NCBI RefSeq assembly: GCF_002571385.2
Contig: NW_019217844.1
Location: 528,240-592,239 of the forward strand
Origin: Stylophora pistillata
Taxonomy: Eukaryota
DNA length: 64,000 bases
Direction of reading: 5' to 3'
Each line of letters begins with the position of its first letter. Positions within the stretch are counted from its first letter, which is position 1. A program made the position numbers and the translations under genes. The notes under the pieces are model-generated. The model ran no database searches, had not been told where the DNA came from, and saw only the letters and a list, made by a program, of their open reading frames with translations. Below are positions 48,801 through 60,966 of the stretch, one piece after another.

Positions 48801-51800
48801 TTCGCCAATCGAAAATTTTGTAATTTCAGATGGCTCATGAAATACGTGCTTGAAAGTAAACAGTGATTAAATTAATTTGTCTAGAAGGTTCGTTCCGCAT
48901 CGGAGACACTCGTTATTTACACGCAAGTTCGTCTACAGACAAAGTAGTATGTAAACAGTGCTAATGGCGATCTTCGCCTTCAAAACCTGCAAAGTCTAAG
49001 TTAAGAGAAAAAAAGAGCATTAAGGCAAGAAAAAAGCTACTGCATGAGGAAGGAACAAAAAATATCGTCTCTCAATATTTCACACTTTTCTTCAAGAAAC
49101 AATAAACGCAATTTGTAAAGCTTTCTCGGCAAAATAGCCTGGTTTTTTCCATAATGTAGGCCCTCTTAGTTTCTGATGTAAATTAACAAGGTATTAATTC
49201 GAAAAGAAGAACTCCCTTCACGTCGAAAATCATCTAGCGGATCAACAACACGCTTACTAATCAAATGAGACGATCCAGCCATGCAAACTTACTTTGAACA
49301 AGGAGCTAATGGCAATAAGATAAGAAATAATTTATGATGATGGAGGTAATTACATGAGCTAGGCTGTTATAATTAAAACAGATAAGCTGATTCATTTAAA
49401 TAGCAAGCTTCACACTTTTACCTAAGTGTGTTGCAGTGGGGATACAATCTCAGTTAAAAAAAATTCAAGTCATAAAAATAACAAATAAGGTTACATTAAA
49501 GCACACTAAATACCAATCTCCCAACGAATCAAGATAAACTAGGGCACATTTTTTTTTGCCCCCCTCTGTCTTATTTTCACTAGATTGCTCCGAACTTTTA
49601 ATCCACAAACAAATCTACTAAGTTACGATCTGATCATTAATTTTCTCTTCTAGTTGCCATGCATTACGCTATGAATTAGCAAAGAAAATTTACTTTCTCT
49701 CACATAACCTAACTGATAAGTTTGCCTTTTCTCATCACCCTCCAGTGGGGTAATTTACTAAAACTGTAGGGAAAATTTGCAAGTCAATCATTGTTAGGGT
49801 GTGAAATTAAAGGTTACGTCTCTGTAGTATTTAATTTTGTTCTTGTGCCATTCAACAAGTCCTAAAAATTACGTGACCTCGGCCCTAAAAAACAATTCAA
49901 AATCAACGACGTTTATGATTTGCAGTCAAGACAGCCAGCAGACGTTCTTATAAATATTTCATTACACCAGAAACAGGATTCTCTCACGGAATCATCGATT
50001 ATGGTGTAGTTAATGATACTTGACATCAAAGACTTGTTTAGTGGGGGTTAACAAATACTGATATCATACCTGGAGATAGTTTATATCTGGACGATGAACA
50101 CAAAACGCGTGGAGAATCCTTGACAGTTTTTTTACCTTCAAATTAACAAACTTCAGTTGAGAGTCAAATAAAATTGCAACAATTCACTGAGAGCTTTACA
50201 TTTCTATAACATCAACACTGCCATAGACCACAAATACCGCAGAACTTTTACGATAATAGGCAGGTTGTCACGTCACCTAGCAACAAACTAAAATTATGCA
50301 AAGAGGCGTAGTAGCTTTCCAGCTAGGTAATTACTGCTTCATTGCATGTTTGGAAACATTAAATATTTTCTTGAATGTTTTAAGAGCGCATCCTTCTCAA
50401 GGTAAGTTCGACTCAAATATTTAAAAATCAACCATTCTTTTACGATTCTTTTTCTTACCTTTCAATGAACTGAATGGCAAGTCTGCTAATTGACGCAGAA
50501 ATTTCCAAGCTGTTATTCAGTCTTATGTAAGCATAGAAAGAACTTCATTTTCGTTCGTTAGATGGGAGAAATTTTGCCCTAGAGGCCTCGGGGCCATCAC
50601 TAATTTCACAAACGTGTATCACAAAGAAACTGTGGTAGACTTCACGGATATGGTGGATAATTTTCAGTTTTGAACGATGCTCACTACCAGGAATTGTCAA
50701 ACGTTTTGTCATGACCACGGTACAAGAAAAAAATGTGTTCCCCGTGAGGGATCGAACGCTTAGCCTAGCAGTTCGATGCTATACTACCGAGCCAGGGTGG
50801 GCTAATGTAGAGCTAATGATGAGCGAAGCCATCAGTAAGTTCAAGTACAACGTCTATTAAAACCTAGTCACAAAAGAATCACGGCTCTTCCTCTGGAGAA
50901 CGAAAAGAGCCTTCGCGAAAGATGTTTTTTTTTTTCTTGTCACAAAAGTGGGACAAAGGAAAAACATCTGTCACTATTTCTTTACCGAGCTCAAAATTTA
51001 CCATCTTCCCAATTCTGTGAACAACAAAACTTTCTTCCACTGAAACCTCGATTTCACTTCTTGTTACCAAGCACGAATATCCATTTTGTCACAAAAAGGA
51101 AAACGGTCTAGTAAATTCAGGTTTTGTAAAAAAATTGATCGATATTTCTTAATTGTGGTGTGTAAAAGAATATCTTTGAAATTGTAAAATAAGTTCATTT
51201 GCGAATCAACAATCTGGATCTCGAAAAACCTTAACCCCTATCTTTCCAAATTAAAATTTTTGCCCTAATCTGCAATTAAACACAGTCACAATCCTACCCC
51301 ATCGGAGTCTGCTGATCGAAAGCGTTCATTGTTCGGCATGGTTCGTAACAGATCACACTTGATTTGATTCTCGGTAACACCGAGCGGGTGATTGGCAGAG
51401 AGACTCTAAGATTTGAAAGAATAAGCAAAGTATTAGTTCGACTGATGTATAACTTATGTCTTGTCCTTGAAACCTGTGTAAAACGTCCTACACAACTCAA
51501 AAAACTACTGCCACAATTCATCAAAAACAATCATAAAAGCAATAGCACAGCTTGAACTATTAACACGATACATAAAGCAGGAGGACGATATTAAGAAGAA
51601 AACGATAAACACTCGTTACTTGCTTGAGAACAAGAAATGTTCCGAGTTCCTGTGAAGATTCGAATTCTAGCTTATTCAGTTCGACTCCGCAGTCTGCCTC
51701 GGGGAACTCACTCGCGAGCCGCGCCATATTCGTGGTTCATATGTGATAGTTAACTCTTTCACTCCAATAACAGAACAAAACAGAATTTCACCTTATTATA

Positions 51801-54415
51801 TTTATGCAATATCAAGGAGACAAGTGATGGGAATAGAGAAAAATACCAATTAGGGGTTGACTAGTTGATCCAATACCAAATTCTCCAATCTAACATCATA
51901 AGAATTGTATGACAGACGGTAATGAGAATTGCTAATGAGACTTTAGTAGTGAAAGGGTTGAAGGATGATGGTACCGTGTTTACATCACTGTATACATCAA
52001 CTTTTTGGAAATTTCTTCGGACGAATTACTCGGTGATGAAGTTTCAGAGGCAAATCAGTTGCTAGCCTGCGCGTGCGATCTGGTAAGTGCTAAGGCGGAG
52101 CTGCAGAAACCATCGTCACCGGAGAGCGTAACGATTTTGTCTCGCTCGCCAGATTGCACGTCTCTCATGGCTTTGCCGCAGCGACAATGACACTATTCTG
52201 TTTCATGGCAACTTCCAGATTCACGTTAGGATATCAGACTGTTGTCGTTACAGGACGCGTTAGAAGTTGAACAGGTTTTTGTCTGAACAATTGCGATAAA
52301 TGTCGGACAAAAGTTGTGGACGCAACTGCAGTTGGGTCTTCTACTCACAGCCCTTTCTTTCTGAATCGATGACTAAAATGCGAAAGGTATTAGACTGAAT
52401 AAGGCGACAAGGCAAAGTCATTTAGAAACGATAATTTAGAGTGAGAGAAAGCAGTAAGAAGAGCTAAAACAGAGTGGCGAAACCTTACTGAGGCCTCACG
52501 AGCCACTAGGGACGGTGAGGCTGGGTCACTGAGAAGTGGACGAGAAGTCAGATTATCAGAAGGAATGGTCATTTTCCCAAAGACATACCTTCCGTCTCTC
52601 CACTTGGAGAAGTAGCTTTTGATAATAATCTCTTCCCTGAAAGATAAAGGAAAAATACAAGTCTTAAAGACAATAACATTCTAGACACTTCAAAAAAGTG
52701 CGTTCCCCTCTCAAACACTTCTTTAGAACATCTATGAATGTTACGACTGCTAAAGGAAGATTGTAATCAGAAATGAACTGGAAGAAATTTACCTTCTCTT
52801 TCTTTAAGTGTTCCACCTTTTGGGCCATTGCACTAAAAAGAGAAACATCAAATTCATTAAAACCCCAACAGTAATGCTGAGATTACTGGCTTAAAAACTG
52901 CAGTTGCTTAAAGCGTCTTCCGTGGTATACTGTTCTCATATCTTATCGCTTTTTTCGGTTTGTTAAAGCCGTGGAGACTTTGTTTCTGATGTACATAGCC
53001 GATCACATATCTTGTTTTTGAGTCCTTCGTTCACTCAGTGCGCGATACGGAATTGCTCCTTAAGAAAATCATTTGAAACTTCTTTGAACATAAAGAAAGT
53101 CATACGTGTAGAATTATCCTTATAGGGACCTAACGCAGTCAGGACGGCAACGCCACGGAATTAAAAAATTAATTTTTACTTTTAGTTAAAATTTCGAAAA
53201 TGACTGCATGTGTTTACCGTCTCATAGGGCGCCAGACCTCAAACTCAACATAACGCATGAAAGTAGCGTTGAGGGCCAAATGGAAATTAAAATGATTTGC
53301 CGTCTGGTTTTGGTTCGCAGACGACGCAAATTTTGGTGATTTCACGTTGTTGTTTTGCAAAGGGCGGCTAAGAAATGAACAAAGTTTTAAAACGCACGTG
53401 CTGGGCTATTGTTCTTCCAATTAGATCTTTTGTTTTTTGACGTTCCCGTTGCCGTCGCCGTCGTGGTTGCGTAAGGTCCCTAATAACTCCAAATACGAGG
53501 GAGATTCAAGGTAACAAAGTCAACTGATAAGAGAAGGGCAAAAACGTGGTTTCAGTGATTAAAATGTGTGCGAAACAAGCAGGACTCGGTGAATTTTACA
53601 TTTACCTTTTCCACACTTCGCTTCTGCAGCTCCTAGGGATACCTTCTCTCAATAATGCTTTCATTCCTTGCTGTTGACATAAAATAAGGGTGAGTTCAAG
53701 ACTGGCGCCAAACTGAAAATTGTCTCCACTTACCCTTTTTACATCTTCAAACATCTTTCAATAAGTTAAAACGAAAAAAAAAAAATCAAAATATCTCGTG
53801 TTACCCAGAATAAAGACGCTGACTGTAGTTTGCTATATACTTCTTTTATGTTTTAAATTCGAACTCTTTATTTCATCGAGTCTCGCAATTATGAAGTCCT
53901 AACTAGTGTTCTTCTGATGCCACATACTCTATTTTTCGAATATTCTTTCACAATACGAAAAAACTGCTAAACGTAGTAACAATGGAGCTGCTTTAAGCTC
54001 TCTAGATAACAGTGATGTCACTTCCACCTCAACCATTCTACAACTTGGAACAATTGGCCTCTTGTTAGCTTCACGTACCTCGTTAAAAACCACATCTTTG
54101 CTCTCTTGTTGCCTGGCTTTCATATACTGTGACCACAAACGGGCATGACCATCTCTGTTCTAAGGAAATTAAATAGTTATTGAACACGTCTAAGGCCTGC
54201 AAAAGGGAGTTTATATTTTCAAGAACAATGCAAACTTTCCACAAGATAACGTGGGCACTAAACTGAACAAAAGTAGCCAGAAAGGTTAGTTCATTTTACC
54301 TGATAAAAGCTCGAGTAATGTTGTTTAAGCTCGCGACAGAGGAAGTGAAACAGTTCACTTTCACTCTCTCTGGCTCCACGGATAAAACCATAACTGTCTC
54401 TAAAACTACTTGAAG
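24888..54415 (-). CDS. TBC (Rab-GAP) + WD40-like beta-propeller protein, at least ~845 aa, 5' end unresolved. Exons: ~54415-54300, 54159-54079, 53670-53606, 52832-52793, 52636-52589, 51405-51298, 50135-50070, 48491-48433, 47943-47868, 46916-46785, 45809-45765, 45505-45371, 44960-44838, 42234-42132, 32668-32568, 32265-32168, 31839-31731, 30978-30845, 28751-28650, 28509-28416, 28331-28178, 26671-26263, 25143-25059, 24962-24888
   Basis: Hand-spliced exons keep frame throughout. TBC motifs: DSYGF, KALLREGIPRSCRSEVWK, QIKCDLLRTMP, NYLQ|GMNF, DEEDAFW, LPALHAHL..DISTVTFNWFITIF, RIWDCFVFEG (TBC1D2-like). C-terminal strands: ILVGT, KVFAALADGSIAVL, VTCITLVNENVWCGCGN, GVWCSVRGSSCILL, ELWVGLGNGQVLIF. The last exon is the least certain. 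Confidence 0.85.
31383..31412 (+). repeat. (TTTG)n microsatellite within a low-complexity TTCG/TTTG-rich tract
   Basis: About 7 GTTT units are directly visible. Confidence 0.85.
34328..34682. mobile_element. MITE, same family as 53124-53481 (more diverged)
   Basis: Shares the blocks CGGCTAAGAAATG, AAAACGCACGTGCTG and GCCGTCGTGGTT, with ends AGGACTT.../...AGGGCCCT. Confidence 0.7.
47620..47670 (+). repeat. Degenerate (AATA)n microsatellite
   Basis: AATAAATAAA runs are directly visible. Confidence 0.7.
48085..48198 (-). mobile_element. Degenerate tRNA-derived SINE head
   Basis: Minus strand GGAGACGCACTGGCTCAATGGTTAG (A box), a decayed B box, then TGTGTTGTGGCCCTGAGAAAGAC. Confidence 0.55.
50705..51020. 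mobile_element. Interspersed repeat with tRNA-like segment
   Basis: Minus strand has TGGCTCGGTAG (A-box-like) and GTTCGATCC (B-box-like). The TTTGTCAC..AAAACATC segment near the right end resembles the reverse complement of 54730-54760. Confidence 0.45.
53124..53481. mobile_element. MITE with TIRs AGGGACCT.ACGCA / TGCGTAAGGTCCCT
   Basis: Clear terminal inverted repeats extending into GACGGCAACG / CGTTGCCGTC, flanked by TAT/AAT. Possibly PIF/Harbinger-like. Confidence 0.8.
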
Positions 54416-57255
54416 CTGGTGTGCAACTACAAAAGAGAAGATGGTCGTTCAATAAAGAGCCCCTAAACCATGAAATCCCTGACACAACTTTCCCCCCCGA
54501 TCGGTAATCTTTATCAAAGCAAGCTAGATTCTTCTCTGTCGTTATTCATTGAAATATTAACCAGCAATATGCGGGACACTTGTCACATATGAACGTACTT
54601 TATGGCCTTGCTCATTAACAAGTACCTTTTACTGTTGTGGCGATATTAGTAAAGCATCTGAAAACTAAGCCACTGAATCTGTTAGCTTTCCAATCCTTAA
54701 TCAAGATAGTTTCAATTTTTTCATTCTCTTAGGCTTGTGACAAAAAGTTTAACATCCTTATTCAGAAAAAAATATTTCTTGCTAGGTTTCGAATAGTCCT
54801 GGTAACTTGGCTCAATTTCCGCCGTTCTCTAGAGTCTAAGTGTTCAATCCTCGAAAGAGAATCGCGGGTTCATTTCCCGAACAGCGGTCGGCAGTCGAGT
54901 CTGCTTCTCTTACTTTCTTCATAAAATAAGTCATTTCCTCAACTCTCGTTTCGCATTTCGTATTTGTTCAGGCAAAGAAGATTGACAACTGGTTTATTAA
55001 AAAAAATTCATTCTTTCAGATTTCCTCGCATCCTAGGGTTTCCTTGATCATCACTTCTTAAAAAGAGAGTTCAGTTTCTACTCCTCCCTAACATCAAAAC
55101 GACTCCGAGAAATGGTCAGATCACAAGAAAATTAGCCAACAATATTTGAATATTTAATAATGACATGTCCTTTCAAATATTGGGGGGTAGCACAAATCAG
55201 TCGATTGACGATACGTTGACGAGGACAGAAGTTTTAAATGGCAGAAAAAAAGCAAAACGAATGTCTTATCGAGAGATAATAAGCTGAAATTGGAGCTATG
55301 TAGGACACAAAGCAACAGTACGACAAAAGAATAAAAAAAAAAAAAAAAAAATGAGGAAGTTAAACAAAGGTGGCACTCTTAATTTTGCACCATTCATGCA
55401 TTCATGTCAAAAGATGACTTGGCAGTGGGCTATATAACCCAGCTGTCAATATGTAATTAGCATCAGTTGTCATCACCCGCCTTAAATTTCAGATAAGATT
55501 AATGATGTGAAGATCTTCAATTTCTCGAAAACAAAAAGTTCCTCTTTTTTTCGCCATAAATTCCAGCCTGCCAACGCAGTAAAAACTTTTATGACAAAGG
55601 CGTAAATTTCTCATCGGGCAAGTCACACATTTCCTCCTCTCCACCCCCCTTTCATAAGCGCTGTTCCTGGCATTTTCTGCACCTGCTGGCACATTTAGCA
55701 ATAATAGCAATAAAACTGGATAAGAGGAAGGGGGGAAAGGAACACACTTATTGGCACGTGCGACAAATTGATTAAAATACTTATACGTTATTTTTTATTT
55801 TTTTTTTTTTCCTTTTTTTTTTTGAGATCATTTTATGAAATGCGAGATTCAAGTTCGTTTAAAAGATAAAAATAAGTCCTTAGCTCCTTAGTGGAGTCCT
55901 TTGAAAAGATATCATGGTTAATGTGATATCAGATGAAGAATTTTGACATGCAAAATTTCCAATAGAAACTGATCGTTCAGTTTGTACAGGTAATCGGATA
56001 GGGCCGAGTAAAAATTAAGGATGTAAAATTCACGCGTTTTTTCAGAAGTTGAAGAAATTGCAACGAGGGAACGAGCCATTACTTTTTTATAGTATAAAGG
56101 GAAAATCTTTCTTTTATAAAGGAAGTACAACATGCTAGTTGTTATGCACTTTTGTAGGAAGACACTTCAGTATTCTGTTTGCGACAATTAACTGAAAAAT
56201 GAACCGCGAATCAGCTGAATGAAGTTTTATTTTTGCACAACAACGTCAAAGCAACTAAACCAGCCCTACTAAAAAAGTATTCGCTATCGATGAAATTAAA
56301 ATACGTTTAGGCAAAGTTAATCCATTTAAATGTTTTTCTTAGTTGTGTAATTGCCCTAGCCACCAACAAAATTAAGGAAAATTGCCCTTCGTTTCAGCCA
56401 ATCAGCATTTAGTAATTTTACCCTTTGAGTTATTAGAGTGACAACTTCACTTTAATTACTACCACGGCTACGTCACAAAGATTTCCCGCTAAAAAGAACG
56501 TGACTTAATCAACTCAGAGTGTCCAGCCAGGCGCGCAGGATGACGTAACAACTTCAGAGAAGCGACTTTTTTTTTATGCCTAAATTTTCTTCAAGCCTAA
56601 TTTTTCTTCTTTGTCATTAACTGTTGTGAGCTGTGTCTAGATCAAGCAAGATGCATCTCTGCGAGTGGTAGCATACACATAAAAGGTTCGTACTTTTCAA
56701 ACCCGCTGAATAGAGGTGAAAATTACAGTAGTCGAGGGGAAACAAATTCGGGACTTGGACAATCGACCGCCCAATACGGTGCCGCTAAATACAAGTTCGA
56801 CTCTGATTGAAGATGGACTAACAGTTTTACTGGGACCACGCGGTCTATTAATGTAAAACAAAGGGTAAAAGTTTTCACAAAAACAAAACACTTTTGTATT
56901 GATTTCAATACGATCCGTTTAAAAGCAATAATCACTATCGATTTCGTTGAACGTTGGGTAGACCTTAAGAAACAGCGCCACGGACAAAATTTTGAGTAAC
57001 GAAAATTGGTAATAAACGAATCTAAGAAATTTGAGATAAAGCTGTGAAATACTAGACTTTCCAGGCCGGTTACTAAAACGTGGCACAGCCAAAGCGGCGA
57101 TTTTAGACGATTAACTGACCTTTGCAAGCGGTTTGTTCGAAACAGAAAGTCTTTTTCAAGTGTTAGCTGTATGCGGCTTCTTAAAAATACTCACAAAAAC
57201 TAACTTTCATCGAAAACGTTTGGAATTGTTTAGAACGCAATTCTCGTAAACAACA

Positions 57256-57402
57256 AGGCCCAGTTGTATAAAGGGCGGATAATACTGTCCAACGGATAAA
57301 TCACTACTCGACGGTTAAGTGATAGCAAAACACAGCGTTATCCACCAGATAGAGTTTTATGCAGTGGATAGCGCTATCTAACCTTCGAAACACCGGGATC
57401 AG
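57256..57402. mobile_element. Short palindromic MITE with GGCCCAGTTG-type TIR
   Basis: GGCCCAGTTGT..GGATAA..TCCA..GGATAA / TTATCCACC..GTGGATAGCGCTATC..TTCGAAACACCGGG. Confidence 0.6.
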
Positions 57403-60400
57403 GTGAGCTTTGTTTAAATAACTCTGCCTTAATGTGCAAGTAAAGGATTATTATATTCAAAGGACAAAAAAGTCCTTATCTCTGTGATCTTCCACCGAGA
57501 CTTGGCTCACATTGACAAACATTGGCGCCCAAGTCGGCCCGCGAGATGAAATATTTATTTCCTTCTCGACAAATTTACAAAGAAACTGAACGTGAAATAC
57601 TTATAAATTTAAAAAAATTTAAGTTATCATGCAAAATATCTCCAGTATTTGCACAAGTCTAGTGCACATCTGTCGAATCCGCTGCAGGTGCCAACATTCG
57701 TTTTTGTTTAGTCACTAATGCAAGCAACGCACGTAGAAGAATTGTTAAAACAGAAGAACTAAACACCCTACAGTGGGGAAGAATAGTTAAAAGAAAAGAA
57801 CCAAACAGCCTACTGTGGGGAAGACTTCTTTAATTGATTTCAGCTTGACGTCGTAGTTCAGCCATTCAGTCACGATTTCGCTCTCGAATGTAGAACAACA
57901 GAAAACTCTGTTAGTAGAAATCCATTCCTACTTTAGTGATTTCAGAAGAGGTAAGTGTTGAAAATGTTACTCTTTCCTCCCTCTTCGAAGGACTCCTTCG
58001 TTTCTTGAAGGTTATATGAAATTATAAGGGTAGGTTGATGATTAGAGCAAACAAAAATAAAAGGAGACGAAGAAATATATATCCTCAATTTGTACAGTCA
58101 AAGCCACCTAGCGTCGTCATCCAACGGTAAGGAGGAAAATTTCTTTAATCTTGTCACCCCTATTAAACAGGAAAATAATTCTTTGAAATACTAGAAAATC
58201 AACATAAGTTGACTTTGAAATGTAGTCATTCAGAGTGCTAGATTTGATCATTTCCTTGAACTACACCGAAAGTAAAACATTGCAACTTAATGTATGTTAC
58301 TTCCGATAAACATTCAATCTCTGTTAAAGAAAAATATCGCTCCGTACGTATGTTACACACATCGGATGATTTTTTTTTTTCCTCGAGACTTGCGCAACAA
58401 TTTTGATTAAAGGAAAACCCGAGGATAGTTGCTAAGATACCAAAACAAAGGAAGTATGCTTTTTTCATCCGTTTGATAGGGGAGTTCGACTATTCTCTCC
58501 CCTTCCACAATTCACCTCATGACCATGAATAATCTAAAATCTGGTACAAAGCATTTTCCCGAACGATTTCTCTCTGCGGGTACTCTGTCAAGACAAAATG
58601 CAATTCCGCTTGAGACAGAAGACATTTCCAGCTCAACAGCACCAAATACAAAGAAAGAAAGCAATGAGACTAAAGAGAGGTTCCCGCTATCCGCACGCGT
58701 TGTTCTCTATACTATATGGAGCTCGAAATAACGTGACAACTCAAAGGATTGGTCTCTGGAAATAGATAAATTTTCCCAATTAGCAATTTGGTAACGTGGA
58801 AAAACCTTCTCAGGACACTCAATTGGATCTTTTTTCTTTCAGTTTCTTCGCCAAAATTCAACTTATCATTCTTGTAAGACACTGACGGTACTAAAGCGGT
58901 ATTAAAGCGCTTGGGAGCATCTATATAAATAAAATAAGATTAAAGATTAAAAGAGAGATATTTTGGAAACAACAAATACTAAAAAAATCTCAGAGAATTT
59001 GGATGCCTTTCTTAGAAATTCTCTAAATTGCGTGCACTTTCTTTAGATCCATGAGTGCTTTAAAATACTAGAAATTACGTAGCAAAACTGTTCATAAATT
59101 GACTTGATATCATACACAGAAAAGAATAGCGCCATGGTAGCGGCTTGGAAAATTCTTCGTTTTTTCATAAAGCAGCGGCAATATAAGATCCATATTGAAT
59201 TTTGAAGTGAAAAAGACCAATTTTCAGGTAATTGGGTTTTATCAACTGACTTGACAATAGAAATTGTCCACCGAAAATAGTTTCTAAAGCTGTCGTTTCG
59301 CGCGTTAATCCTTCGTCCAGTACACTTAAAAGATTTCAAGATCTCGTAAACTTATATAACCAGTGTTTTAAAAATAGAATAGAAGGCGATTTAGCGAATT
59401 ATTAAGGGGATTACACTATTAAACTCTTCATCTCGGATATTATTTTTCTTGCGTTCTGATTGGTTCAGTCCATCTCAGCTATCAGCTCATAATAGTTAAA
59501 TAATGGGTTATACACAAGTTTCCAAGATGACTTATAGCTCGCTCTTGATCAATAATTAAGCACGATTCGTTGATTATGGTGCAACATGAAATCTATTATT
59601 ATTCAATGAAGACAAGAATAACAAAGGCTTAAGTAGTTTTCAGTGGGTAAGGGTCAAATGATCAAAAAATATGAATCCTTGATAAGTAGTACTGGTTTAA
59701 ACCCACGAAAAACAAAAGATCATGTAGTCAAAACACCCTGTGAGTTTAGTCGTAAAAGAGACTGTTGTCGAGGACGGGAACTAACGTTGTGACAACCACA
59801 ACGGACGTCATCATAACAGGCGGGGCTTAAATAATGACGTCCGCTCGGGCTGTCAAAAACGTCAGTCACTCGATCGACCGTGGGTAAGTATGTCGGGGGG
59901 GGGGGGCACTTAAGGGAGGTCTCAGTGGAGCTGTGCCACTAGGGCCCTTTAACCCTTAGCCAACTCCCCGCGCCTTTTAATACACGAAACCTCATTTCAC
60001 TACCATGTTCTTGATAGAAAATTTACATAGATTGTGAAATATAGACCTCATTCAGCCATTTCTTTGATATTTACTAAGAAGACGTGGGACCCCGAAAAAC
60101 ACCATACCCCGTTTGATTGATAGAGGGAGTGCCCCCTCCTATTAGTGGGTCTGCTGCTTGCGAAGTTAACAAGTGTGAGGCGACAAACAATGTTTGCTAT
60201 TTAAATCTTCACAAACGAGTAGCTCCAATTCGTATAATTAAAGTTTGCCATTATCGCCGATGAGATAAAAAACACAGCTTGGAGTATGTTCTAATCACGA
60301 AGGGCGTGTGGTGCAACCTCGAGAACCTCACGAAAGCGATGGTGAGACAGAGTTAGTCTCTTAAATTTCGGTAAAAAAAGATCAGTGCAACCTCAAAAGC

Positions 60401-60966
60401 ATAGAGCTGCTTTGTTCGTCATGCATATTTGTTTCTGGTTACTTGAACAAGTTATAATTATCATGATGGGAAAACAAGGCTGAATTACCATGAAACAGTA
60501 GGGGCTCTTTATTATTCAAGTTGTTCAGATCATTGGATGAGGTCAGCGTAATCGGAATAAATTCCGTTTTCTTTGTGTAAAGAAATATAACTTTCAGGTG
60601 TCTAGGACACGCAACTCACTGGCCCAGTCATCTGATCTTTACCGACCGTTTACACAGCAGAATTTAATATTTACACAGGTTCACTTCAAGGTAATGTTTC
60701 AGCAAGCACAAATGAATGCTAATGTTACATAACTTCATTGTCTCAGTGACAAAGTCCATCGAGAGTTAGCAACTGTGTCTGCATTTGTCTGACGAGAGCC
60801 ATTTGAAGAGTTTTGAAGCACCATTTGAGTTACAACGCTTCTTCAAAAGCCCTTTTTAAAGCGAAGTGTATGACGCAGGGATATATCTTCTTCGAATTTC
60901 TAATTCAAGTGTGGTCATTTTCAGGGGGCTTGACGGGAACACAGCGAATGCCTAACCAAGGCAGAA

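Noticed and set aside
51975-52372. Selenoprotein or stop-codon recoding
   Set aside because: The interruptions are TAA, TAG and TGA mixed, which fits decay rather than recoding, and no SECIS was recognised.
54600-56140. Start exons of the TBC gene
   Set aside because: Candidate splice sites exist (about 54625-54657 and 54913), but I could not link them to an ATG in a consistent phase.
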